Shown here: one piece after another, positions 19,585 through 28,025 of the stretch
How positions within the stretch are numbered: position 1 is the first letter of the stretch
How the letters are laid out: each line of letters begins with the position of its first letter
Assembly: GCA_031552315.1 (NCBI GenBank)
Contig: JAVBMP010000031.1
Location: 14,548-78,547, forward strand
Source: Desulfovibrionaceae bacterium
GTDB taxonomy: Bacteria > Desulfobacterota > Desulfovibrionia > Desulfovibrionales > Desulfovibrionaceae
Direction of reading: 5' to 3'
Length of the DNA stretch: 64,000 bases
Position numbers and translations under genes: made by a program
The notes under the pieces: model-generated
Told to the model about the DNA's origin: nothing
What the model saw: only the letters and a program-made list of their open reading frames with translations
The model's database searches: none

Positions 19585-19902
19585 ATGCCTGATTTTTTGG
19601 AAAAGCTTGGCCGCAGAGTTCGCCATTTCAGGGCAGAAAAAGGCTGGACTCAGGAGAAACTTGCCGAATTGTGCGGGTTAAGCTCCAAATACATTGGCGA
19701 TATGGAGAATGGAAAGGCCAACGTGACCGTTATTGTCCTGGATAAAGTGGCTACCGCTTTGGGCATTACCGCCATAGACATTTTGGCGAACGAACATGAG
19801 GCGGAACGGGCGGTGCTTGTTAAAGAAATTATGCGGTTTCTTGATACCGCGAATGATGAAAAGGTGAAGACCCTTTACCGGATTATGAAGGGCCTTTTAT
19901 AA
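19585..19902 (+). CDS. XRE-family helix-turn-helix transcriptional regulator
   Basis: LGRRVRHFRAEKGWTQEKLAELCGLSSKYIGDMENGKANVTVIVLDKVATALGI. GGAGG lies 6 nt before the ATG at 19585. Confidence 0.85.
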   Translation: MPDFLEKLGRRVRHFRAEKGWTQEKLAELCGLSSKYIGDMENGKANVTVIVLDKVATALGITAIDILANEHEAERAVLVKEIMRFLDTANDEKVKTLYRIMKGLL

Positions 19903-19921
19903 TAGAGGCCATTGCATATAC

Positions 19922-19954
19922 AACGCCCCGCGCGGCAAAAGCCGGCGGGGCGTT
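19922..19954. terminator. GC-rich hairpin between convergent genes
   Basis: aacgccccgc...gcggggcgtt forms a 10-bp stem that can extend further. It is followed by ttgtgtgt. Confidence 0.5.
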
Positions 19955-20000
19955 GTGTGTATATCGGGCGCGGGTTATCCGGCCGGAATTATTGGAATGT

Positions 20001-20873
20001 CTAAGCGGCAGAGGCGCGCGCGGCAAGTTCCGCCGCGTATCTGGAAGCATCCGCCGCGTTTACGCGCAGGAACTTGAAAACATTGTCCACATCTTCTTCA
20101 ACTTTTTTCTTTTTTATCTTTGTGGTGACGTTATCCAAAGAAAGGTAGGCGTCTGTTTCACCCTCGCAGGAAAAAAGCGTAAGGCGGGAAAATTCGGCGC
20201 ACTCCGCATCTTGCGGCGGCAGGGTAGCCAGCGCGGCCATGCCCTGGCCTTCAACCTGGGTGGAAAAGGCTTTCGGGTCTTGGACAAAGGCCAGTTTTAC
20301 CGGGGCCACAGCGCCCTTCATCCAGGCGTTTACGGTTTCAGAATAGGGCGGGCGGTCCGCGTCTCTGGAATAGAATATGGTAGCGCCAATCAGCACAAGG
20401 CCTTCCGCCGCCCAAATGGCCCCCAGCATGTTGCCTTTTACCTCTTTGCCCTTCAAGGTCCACAGGCCTTCTTGCATAAGGGCCATAATGGTTTCAAACA
20501 GGCCGCCGGGGTTCAGCGCGGCTTTAACAAAGGTGCTGAAAGACGCTGGCAAATTGCCGTCATTAAAGGCAAGCGAGACAAAAAACGCCCATTGCACATA
20601 TTCCGCAACCAGGCCGCAAATCAGCCCAATAAGCATAAGCGCGGGCACGGAATGCAAGCGCCTGTTGCGGGACGCGTGCGCAATGGTCTTGCCTATGCAC
20701 AGGCCCATAAGGCCGCAAAGCAGCGCCATAATGTAAACAAGCGATATGTGGTAGTCTGCCAGGGCGTAGCCCAGACCCAAAACAACAGCGGCAACCAGCC
20801 CGGCAAGCAGGGTAGCGACAAGGCCCGGCACAGAAACGCCGCCCGGGGCCGTATAATAGAGTGGTTTATTCAT
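20001..20873 (-). CDS. Hypothetical integral membrane protein (about 4 TM helices plus a soluble C-terminal domain)
   Basis: Hydrophobic segments VPGLVATLLAGLVAAVVLGLGYALA, LVYIMALLCGLMGLCIG, ALMLIGLICGLVAEYVQWAFFVSLAF and AIWAAEGLVLIGATIFY. GAGGA lies 5 nt before the ATG at 20873. Confidence 0.65.
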   Translation of the reverse strand: MNKPLYYTAPGGVSVPGLVATLLAGLVAAVVLGLGYALADYHISLVYIMALLCGLMGLCIGKTIAHASRNRRLHSVPALMLIGLICGLVAEYVQWAFFVSLAFNDGNLPASFSTFVKAALNPGGLFETIMALMQEGLWTLKGKEVKGNMLGAIWAAEGLVLIGATIFYSRDADRPPYSETVNAWMKGAVAPVKLAFVQDPKAFSTQVEGQGMAALATLPPQDAECAEFSRLTLFSCEGETDAYLSLDNVTTKIKKKKVEEDVDNVFKFLRVNAADASRYAAELAARASAA

Positions 20874-21078
20874 ACATTCCTCATACAATATAAAAGGTTA
20901 ATTTTGCGTGTCGGCGTTCATATTATGCGTCCCGGTATAAAGTCAAGCTATTTGTCACGGTTAAAACCAAGCTTCCGGTCTTGCCTTCCGCCTTCGGGTA
21001 GGCTATTTTTATTCGGATAGATGAACAGCTTGAGACCGTTGCGCAATGATGTTTTTTGCCCTGTTACAAGGAGTGCCC

Positions 21079-22218
21079 ATGCATTATCTTGGTATGTGCT
21101 GCATTGCCAAAGATGAAGACCCCTTCCTTAAAGAATGGCTGGCCTATCACGCCATGCTGGGGGTGGAACGTTTTTATATTTACGACAATTGCAGCCAAAC
21201 GCCCATAAAGCGCCTGCTGGGCGAATACGCCGGGCATGACCGCGTAGTGGTGCGCCGGGTGGAAGGCCGCCGCATGCAACTGCCGGTTTATGACGACTGC
21301 CTGAAGTCTTTTGGCGCGGAATGCCGCTGGCTGGCCTTTATTGACCTTGATGAATTTATCTGCCCCATGCAGGACGATGACCTGCGCCCCTTGCTGGCGG
21401 AGTTTGAACCCTACGCCGGGCTGGCCGCCACCTGGCGGCTTTTCAATTCTTCCGGCCACCTGAAAAGGCCGGAAGGTCTGGCGCTGCGCAACTATACCCA
21501 GGCCTTCGCGCAGCAGGAATCTTTTGCGGTAAAGTGCATTGTAGACCCGGCCCGAACCGCGCAGGCCCTTAGCCCGCACCACTTCCGCCACAGCCCCGGC
21601 GAATGCTGCGTGAATGAAGACCACTACCCCTTTGCCCCGGGCACGCATTTCAGCTTTTCGCCCGGCCGCCTGGTGCGGGTGAACCACTATTTTTTGCGCT
21701 CGCAGCAAGATTATGAAGAAAAAATGCGCCGGGGCGGCGGGGCCACCAGGGCCGAAGACGAATACCGTAAAATGGATCTTTTTTTGGGCGCGCTGGAAAA
21801 GCCGCAGGTAGAAGACAAGGCGATTCAGCGCTTTTTGCCCCGGCTGGAAAAGGCCCTGAAGGCCCCGGCCCTGCCCATGCCGCAACCGTTTTTGCCAACG
21901 GGCACGGCCTATGAAGACATCATGCGGGCCGCCATGGGGTTTTTGGAAGCCGGACAAGCGGAAAAAGCCCAGGCCTGCCTGTGCCCCGCCCGGCCGGAAC
22001 ACCGCGAAAAGGCCGACTTGTGGACATTACGCGCCCTGGCCGCCCAAAGCGCGGGCAAAACAGGCCGGGCCGAAGTGTTCATAAAGGAAGCGTTAAAGCG
22101 CGAAGCCACGCACGCCGCATACAATATCCTGAAAAGCCTGCTTGAACAAAAGGGCCTGCATGAACAGGCCCACGGCATAGAGGTGATGTTGCGGTCTTAT
22201 CCGGAATTTTTCGGGTAG
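21079..22218 (+). CDS. Glycosyltransferase family 92-like (Glyco_tranf_2_4 type) with a helical TPR-like C-terminus
   Basis: YLGMCCIAKDEDPFLKEWLAYHAMLGVERFYIYDNCS and WLAFIDLDEF are present. AAGGAG precedes the ATG at 21079. Confidence 0.75.
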   Translation: MHYLGMCCIAKDEDPFLKEWLAYHAMLGVERFYIYDNCSQTPIKRLLGEYAGHDRVVVRRVEGRRMQLPVYDDCLKSFGAECRWLAFIDLDEFICPMQDDDLRPLLAEFEPYAGLAATWRLFNSSGHLKRPEGLALRNYTQAFAQQESFAVKCIVDPARTAQALSPHHFRHSPGECCVNEDHYPFAPGTHFSFSPGRLVRVNHYFLRSQQDYEEKMRRGGGATRAEDEYRKMDLFLGALEKPQVEDKAIQRFLPRLEKALKAPALPMPQPFLPTGTAYEDIMRAAMGFLEAGQAEKAQACLCPARPEHREKADLWTLRALAAQSAGKTGRAEVFIKEALKREATHAAYNILKSLLEQKGLHEQAHGIEVMLRSYPEFFG

Positions 22219-22605
22219 CTCTAAATAAAATCTTTCAGCCAAATACTGCGTTAAGCGGCCCGCTTTGCTCCGGTCGAGTACCATAAGAGTACACTCCCTG
22301 CGCAAAACGGGCCGCTTGCCTTGTATTTGACTAAAATATTTTATTTAGAGACCGCTGCTGACAGAGGGGTAAAATCTTTCAGCCAAATACTGCGTTAAGC
22401 GGCCCGTTTTGCTCCGGTCGAGTACCATAAGAGTACACTCCCTGCGCAAAACGGGTCGCTTGCCTTGTATTTGACTAAAATATTTTATTTAGAGACCGCT
22501 GCACAAGGGCCTTTTTGCCCTCTGGACTGCGTCAGGAAACAAAATTGCCGCTGCTGACAGAGGGGCAAAATCTTTCAGCCAAATACTGCGTTAAGCGGCC
22601 CGTTA
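22219..22605. repeat. Tandem 144-bp hairpin-forming repeat, about 2.4 units
   Basis: tctttcagccaaatactgcgttaagcggcccg recurs at 22231, 22375 and 22571. Each full unit has ~45-bp imperfect inverted arms (ctctaaataaaat...cggcccg / cgggccg...attttatttagag). The array starts right after the GT92 stop and ends at the rnhA stop. Confidence 0.9.
22503..22554. mobile_element. 45-bp miniature insertion plus 7-bp duplication (ccgctgc) inside the tandem repeat
   Basis: Junction 1 (22347-22376) reads agagaccgctgctgacagagggg. Junction 2 reads agagaccgctgc[acaagggcc...aaaattg]ccgctgctgacagagggg. Confidence 0.6.
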
Positions 22606-23082
22606 CCCCTCAAAACCCGCGTCCGGCGGTAAATTCTTTTGGCCCGCCATGTTGCGGGCCAAGGTGTCCACCCGTTCATTTTCCGCGTGGCCGCTGTGCC
22701 CGGCTACCCAACGCAGCTTTACGCTGTGCCGCCCCAACTGGGGGATTATCTTCAGCCATAAATCCTGGTTCAGCACGGGTTTGCCGTCCGCCTTTTTCCA
22801 GCCCTTGTTCCGCCAGCCCCATATCCATTTTTTTTCAACGGCGTCGCAAAGGTAGCGGGAATCGCTGTAAAGTTCCACCTCGCACGGGCTGGTCAGGGCC
22901 TGCAACCCTTCCAGCGCGGCGGTAAGTTCCATGCGGTTGTTGGTGGTGCGGGCAAAGCCGCCGCACATTTCCTTTTCTACCCCGTTACAACGCAAAATGG
23001 CGGCCCAGCCGCCAGGGCCGGGGTTGCCAAGACAGGCCCCGTCTGTAAAGATGCTTACTTTATAAGTTTTTTCTTCGGTCAT
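22603..23082 (-). CDS. rnhA: Ribonuclease HI
   Basis: VSIFTDGACLGNPGPGGWAAILR...NNRMELTAALEGL...WVAGHSGHAENERVDTLA. Confidence 0.96.
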   Translation of the reverse strand: MTEEKTYKVSIFTDGACLGNPGPGGWAAILRCNGVEKEMCGGFARTTNNRMELTAALEGLQALTSPCEVELYSDSRYLCDAVEKKWIWGWRNKGWKKADGKPVLNQDLWLKIIPQLGRHSVKLRWVAGHSGHAENERVDTLARNMAGQKNLPPDAGFEG

Positions 23083-23090
23083 GCTTTTGG

Positions 23091-23126
23091 TCTGTTTGGT
23101 TGATTTGGTTTGATTGGTTTGATTAT
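23091..23126. repeat. 9-bp x4 tandem repeat (ggtttgatt family) in the rnhA leader
   Basis: ggtctgttt ggttgattt ggtttgatt ggtttgatt, 9-44 nt upstream of the rnhA ATG. Confidence 0.8.
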
Positions 23127-23209
23127 TTGGGGCTTTGCCCCAAACCCCACTGGGGGAAATGATTTCCCCCAGACCCCCTCGACAGGCATCAGTTTGATAT
23201 GATTGTCTG

Positions 23210-23226
23210 TTTTTTTTTGGGGGGGG
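23210..23226. repeat. Homopolymer pair T9 then G8
   Basis: ctgtttttttttggggggggtgc lies between the stop of the 23256 gene and rnhA. Confidence 0.85.
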
Positions 23227-23255
23227 TGCACAATGGGCGCATTTTGGGTCGGGTT

Positions 23256-23798
23256 TTATTGCAGGCGGTCTTCCATTTTTTTGAAGGCGGCGGCCAGCCC
23301 GTCCGGCCAGCGGCCTTGGGCAAAATAAGGTGGAAAGTGTTTGTTGGCAAGCTCATTCATTAGCTCTTCGCCAAGGGCCAGGCGCACGGTAACCCCGGCA
23401 TCCAGCCTTGCAAGGCCTTCTGAAGGGCAAAGCTGAACGCTTATTGTGTTCGCGTCCGGGTTTGCGGCGGGCAGGGGGCCGTGTTGATAAACATGCGTTT
23501 TTATCAGCACGCCGCGGCTTTCATGGAAATAACGCAGAAAATTTTGCAGTTCCGCTTTTTGCGCCGGGGTCAGGTTGCGGGTGTCGTCCTGAATAAGGGC
23601 GGCATAGTCCGCTGGCGCGGAACGGGACACGCTCTGTTCCTTCTGCTCCTTGGCCTTTATAACTTCCATCCGCCGCTGGTTATTGGCATAAAAACCCCAG
23701 GCCACCAGCGCGAACACAGCCACCAGCATAAGCACCCGCGCGAATTGTTCCAGAGGGGAAGAAGATTTTTGCCACTTGGGCGGCTTGCGGAAAATCAT
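23256..23798 (-). CDS. Hypothetical membrane-anchored protein (possibly TPM-like)
   Basis: One TM helix, FARVLMLVAVFALVAWGFYA, followed by a soluble domain. The start is uncertain because the ORF extends to 23903. Confidence 0.55.
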   Translation of the reverse strand: MIFRKPPKWQKSSSPLEQFARVLMLVAVFALVAWGFYANNQRRMEVIKAKEQKEQSVSRSAPADYAALIQDDTRNLTPAQKAELQNFLRYFHESRGVLIKTHVYQHGPLPAANPDANTISVQLCPSEGLARLDAGVTVRLALGEELMNELANKHFPPYFAQGRWPDGLAAAFKKMEDRLQ

Positions 23799-24023
23799 AG
23801 GCGTAACTTGCTGGCTAACGATTGCGTTTATATGGCTGCAAAAATCTTCTGGCGGCGCAAGGCGTAAGCGCGCCGCCCGCCGCCATGCGCAGGCGGCATT
23901 CATTGCCGCCGTGAAGCGCCGTGGCGGCGTGTATTAGCACAGGCCATGCCGGGGTTCCCCAAGGGGGTCACCCCCTTGGGCGGGGTGCAGGGGCAGCGCC
24001 CCGCCCGCCGGAGGCATTTCTTT

Positions 24024-24716
24024 TTATCTTGCCTTTTTTACCCGGCTGAGTTGTTCTATTGTCCAGCTTGCGCAGTCTGCCAGCATTTTCCCGGTAGCGT
24101 TTTCCATGGCGTCAAGCATGGCGTCGCGGGTGTTGGCTGTGGCCGGGGCAGTGGCCTGGAACTGTTTTTGCCCGACAATGGCGCCGGAATGGGTATTCAC
24201 GATGGTTGCCACCAAAGAAATTTCCGCTGTGGGCGGTGAATTTTCATCCGCATAGACCATGTGCATGCGTTGCAGGTTTGAGGCCAGGCGAAATTCGCTT
24301 TCCACGCCGGAAATGCTTGTGGCCACCCCGGCAAAGCAGCCGCTGGCGGCGAAGTGGTCTTCCATCAGGCGTTGCAGCAGGCGCGGGGTTGTGGCATCCC
24401 AGCGGGAATCGGCCAGGTAGCGCACTTCACGGTTGCGGAAGAGCAGGGCTATGCGGTCTGTTGCCAGGTCTCCGCTGCTTTCCGGCTGGTTGATGATAAG
24501 CGGGGAAAGGCGGGGGGCGGCGCAAAGCGCGTTTTTGGGCGGTTCCACATGCAAAATAAACTGGTTTGCGGGCTCGCCGGTGAACAGGTCGGCGCAGGCG
24601 CTCAAAACCAGGCAGGCGGCCAGGCAGGCAGTCAGGCAGGCGGCCTGGCGGGCCACTTGGCGGAACAGGGCGCCAATGGCGCGCAGGGGGTTGGCATGTT
24701 TGGGGGTGTTGTTCAT
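24024..24716 (-). CDS. ABC-transport auxiliary lipoprotein (PqiC/YmbA, DUF330-like)
   Basis: Lipobox LVLSAC. DRIALLFRNREVRYLADSRWDATTPRLLQRLMEDHF is present. The start overlaps the mlaD stop. Confidence 0.75.
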   Translation of the reverse strand: MNNTPKHANPLRAIGALFRQVARQAACLTACLAACLVLSACADLFTGEPANQFILHVEPPKNALCAAPRLSPLIINQPESSGDLATDRIALLFRNREVRYLADSRWDATTPRLLQRLMEDHFAASGCFAGVATSISGVESEFRLASNLQRMHMVYADENSPPTAEISLVATIVNTHSGAIVGQKQFQATAPATANTRDAMLDAMENATGKMLADCASWTIEQLSRVKKAR

Positions 24717-25549
24717 TTTGCTTTATACTCCGGCAGGTTGTCGCCAAACAGGAAGCGTCTTGGGTCATTGTTTATTTTTTGCACCAGGCCGTCGGCGTGG
24801 CGTATAAGCGAACGGCCTTCGGCTATCATGCGTTGCACTTCATCCAGCCCGGAGTTTGTGAAGCGCGTGAGGCCGGGTTCCATTTTCTTCAGCAAGCCTT
24901 CCACGGTTGCCAGGGTGCTGTCAAGGCGGTGGCTTGCCCGGGCGATATTTTCCATGGTTTCTTCCAGCAGAACGGTACGTTCTTCAAGGGTTTTCGATAT
25001 GACGGCCAGCGAGTTCAGGGTGTCACGCAGGTTTTTGACGTTGTTGTCGCTGAACACGCGAGAGGCCTGATGCACCAGGGCGTTTGTGGCGCTGATAAGA
25101 TCCGGCGCTTCTTCCATAATGGCGGCCAGGCTTGAGGTGCGTGATTTTATGCGCGGGTAGGGTTCTCCGGGCAGGGCGGTCAGGATGGGGGCTTCTTTGG
25201 TGCCGCCGCTTATGGCGATATGCGCCATGCCGGTAATGCCCTGAATTTCAAGGCTTGCTTCAGAATCGCGCCGGATGGGGGTGTTGCGTGTCACCGAGAT
25301 GACAACGTGCACCAGGTTCGGGTCTTCCATGTCTATTCTGATAGCTTGCACCGCGCCTACCTTGATGCCGTTCAGGCGCACGTCATTGCCTTGCGAAAGG
25401 CCGGATACGCTGCCTTTGAAGTCAATGGCGTACAGGTCAAAGTCGCCTTTTGTGGCCTTGCTGGCGCTCCATACCGCAAAGGCGATTATGGCGAAAAAGG
25501 CCAGCAGGGTAAAAAGGCCCACAACAAAATAATTGGCTTTTGTTTCCAT
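24713..25549 (-). CDS. mlaD: MCE-domain protein MlaD-like
   Basis: N-terminal TM METKANYFVVGLFTLLAFFAIIAF, then the MCE core GLSQGNDVRLNGIKVGAVQAIRID. Confidence 0.88.
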   Translation of the reverse strand: METKANYFVVGLFTLLAFFAIIAFAVWSASKATKGDFDLYAIDFKGSVSGLSQGNDVRLNGIKVGAVQAIRIDMEDPNLVHVVISVTRNTPIRRDSEASLEIQGITGMAHIAISGGTKEAPILTALPGEPYPRIKSRTSSLAAIMEEAPDLISATNALVHQASRVFSDNNVKNLRDTLNSLAVISKTLEERTVLLEETMENIARASHRLDSTLATVEGLLKKMEPGLTRFTNSGLDEVQRMIAEGRSLIRHADGLVQKINNDPRRFLFGDNLPEYKAK

Positions 25550-25557
25550 GTTTCAAC

Positions 25558-26343
25558 TCACGCTTTGGCGTTGTCTTGCGCTGTAATAGAGGCCGCGCGG
25601 CCTCTGGGGCCAAGGAAGTATTCTTTTATCCAGGGGTGGTCAACCTGCAAAAGTTCAGAAATGCTGCCCACGGCGTAGATGCGTTTTTCCGCCAGCACGG
25701 CCACCCTGTCGCAAATGGCGTAAAGGGTATCCATATCATGCGTAACCAGGCAGACGGTAAGGCCAATGGTGTCACGCAGGGTTTTTATAAGGCTGTCAAA
25801 GGCCGCCGCGCCAATAGGGTCCAGCCCGGCGGTGGGTTCATCAAGCAGCAGAATGGCCGGGTCCATTGCCAGGGCGCGGGCCAGCCCGGCGCGTTTGCGC
25901 ATGCCGCCGGAAAGTTCTGAAGGGTATTTTTTCAAAGCCAGGGCGGGCAGGCCAACAAGATCCACCTTCATGGCGGCTATGCGGTGGCGCATGGCCGCGG
26001 AAATTTTGGTGAACTGGCGCAGGGGGGCCTCTATATTTTCTTCAACCGTAAGCGAAGAGAACAGCGCCCCGTTTTGGAACAGCACCCCCCACTGGCGGCG
26101 GGCCTTTTCCCAAGCTTCCGGGCCGGACTGGGTAAGGTTTACGCCCATAACGTGCACTTCTCCGGCCTGTTGCGGGCGCAGGCCCATAATGGTGCGCAGC
26201 AGTACGGACTTGCCCGTGCCGGAACCGCCGATAAGGGCGATAATTTCGTCCTTCCTGATTTCAAGGTCAAGGTCTTTGTGCACGCAGTGCGAGCCAAAGC
26301 AGTTGGTAATGTTTTTCAGGGCCACGGCAATATTGTTTTCCAT
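25558..26343 (-). CDS. mlaF: ABC transporter ATP-binding protein MlaF-like
   Basis: Walker A GGSGTGKS, signature LSGGMRKRAGLARAL, Walker B ILLLDEP. Confidence 0.92.
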   Translation of the reverse strand: MENNIAVALKNITNCFGSHCVHKDLDLEIRKDEIIALIGGSGTGKSVLLRTIMGLRPQQAGEVHVMGVNLTQSGPEAWEKARRQWGVLFQNGALFSSLTVEENIEAPLRQFTKISAAMRHRIAAMKVDLVGLPALALKKYPSELSGGMRKRAGLARALAMDPAILLLDEPTAGLDPIGAAAFDSLIKTLRDTIGLTVCLVTHDMDTLYAICDRVAVLAEKRIYAVGSISELLQVDHPWIKEYFLGPRGRAASITAQDNAKA

Positions 26344-26344
26344 G

Positions 26345-27562
26345 TCAGACCCCTATGGACATGAAGAAAATGGCGAAGGCCGCATCCAGCACAATTACCA
26401 GAAAAATGGACGTGACAACCGATTGCGTGGTAAGCCGCCCCACAGATTCCGCGCTGCCAGTAGCCTGAAAGCCCAAGAAGCACCCAACCAGCCCAATAAT
26501 TACGGCAAAGCAGGGGGCCTTTACCATGCCCACCATAAAATGCTTGAATGTTTCAATGCTCATAAAGCGGTTGATAAAGGTGTTTATGCTAAGGTCAACG
26601 GAAATGGCCGCCGCTGTCATGCCGCCTATCATGGCGGTAATATCCGCCACCAGCAACAGGGCGGGCAGCATAAGCATAAGGGCCAGAATGCGGGGCATAA
26701 CCAGCGTTTCCATGGGGTTTACGCCCATGGATATCATGGCGTCCACCTCTTCATTGGCAACCATGGAACCAAGCTGCGCAGTAAAGGCGGAACCGGAACG
26801 CCCGGCCACAAGAATGGCCGTAATAATAACCGCCATTTCCCTAAAGGTGAGTATGGAAAGCAAATCCACCAAAAACACCTGGGTGCCGTACTGGGCCATA
26901 AGGTCTGAAGACATGTAGGAAATGACCACGCCTATAAGAAAGGCCAAAAGGGCCACAATGGGCACGGCGCGCAGGCCCGTCTGTTCCATGTGGCTTACCA
27001 GCGCGGTAAGGCGCATGCGCGAAGGGCGCAGCAAAATTCCGGCCAGGGTGCAAAGAAATTGCCCCCAAAAGCCTATAAGGTTGAACACCAGGTCAAAGGA
27101 TTTAACAACGCGTTCACCGGTTTGCAGAAGCAGGGCGGTTATTTGCCCGGGCGGGGGGGGCAATTTTTCCACTTCCGCGGGGTGGCAGCGTTCCAGAATA
27201 ATTCTGTGGGCTTCACGCGCGTTTAAAAGGGGCAGGCAGGTGGAATCCGCATTGTCGCGGCTAAAGCAGGGGTTGGCGGTTCTTGCGGCGCGCAGCGGGT
27301 CAAGCGCGTTTTTGTCCGCCAGCAGGTTTATAAGCAACGCGCCGGAGGTGTCCATTTCACTTATTCCGGCAAGGTCAATGGCTGTAATGGCGTTTTGCCC
27401 GTTGCCCTGCCGTTTTTTCATGTTGCGCAGCAAATCCGGCATGGGGGCAATGCTGTGCACTGTCCATGGGCCGGAAAGGCGCAGCACAGGCCCGGCCTGG
27501 CCGTTTATAATGGTGGCATCCGGTTGGCGCGCCGGGTCTTGTGCGTCTTCACGTTGCGTCAT
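26345..27562 (-). CDS. mlaE: MlaE-type permease fused to an N-terminal STAS-like domain
   Basis: The C-terminal ~260 aa is MlaE-like (REMAVIITAILVAGRSGSAFTAQLGSMVANEEVDAM). The N-terminal ~130 aa has a STAS-like pattern (LRLSGPWTV...IDLAGISEMDTSGALLI). An alternative TTG start is at 27601. Confidence 0.85.
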   Translation of the reverse strand: MTQREDAQDPARQPDATIINGQAGPVLRLSGPWTVHSIAPMPDLLRNMKKRQGNGQNAITAIDLAGISEMDTSGALLINLLADKNALDPLRAARTANPCFSRDNADSTCLPLLNAREAHRIILERCHPAEVEKLPPPPGQITALLLQTGERVVKSFDLVFNLIGFWGQFLCTLAGILLRPSRMRLTALVSHMEQTGLRAVPIVALLAFLIGVVISYMSSDLMAQYGTQVFLVDLLSILTFREMAVIITAILVAGRSGSAFTAQLGSMVANEEVDAMISMGVNPMETLVMPRILALMLMLPALLLVADITAMIGGMTAAAISVDLSINTFINRFMSIETFKHFMVGMVKAPCFAVIIGLVGCFLGFQATGSAESVGRLTTQSVVTSIFLVIVLDAAFAIFFMSIGV

Positions 27563-28025
27563 AATTTTCAGGGTATGCTTTTTTGCAATGTTTACACGCA
27601 AGACAACCCGTCAGCGCCAAAAGCTTGAAAATGGCGGACGCATGTTTGCGGAAAAAAACTCTGCCGTCTAATTCGCATAGCTTGCGGCGTATAAGAGCTT
27701 GCATAAATGAACGGACAAGTTCCAACCCCCCAAGACATATTTCAAAGTATATTAAACATAAAGTCATGATTCCGCAACAAAATACTTGCGCCTGTCAGGG
27801 GGCTGTTTTTTTTAAGCCGTTGGTATGGTTAAAACTGCCTATAACATATTAGGCATTTACTTTTTTTCAGAAAGCCGATATGCCTAAAAATTATTCAGGG
27901 TTGTCGCCAAATGTTTTTTCCTTTGCGGCAATATGCCCTTGTGCCTGAAATTTGCCTTTCCGGCAAACAAAATTAACCGTTTCAGAAATGAAATATGTTA
28001 TAAAACAAAGTAGTCAGGAGAAGTT

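Noticed and set aside
22219-22605. Possible CRISPR array
   Set aside because: The units are 144 bp and nearly identical throughout, with no short repeat / unique spacer alternation. There are no cas genes in the window.
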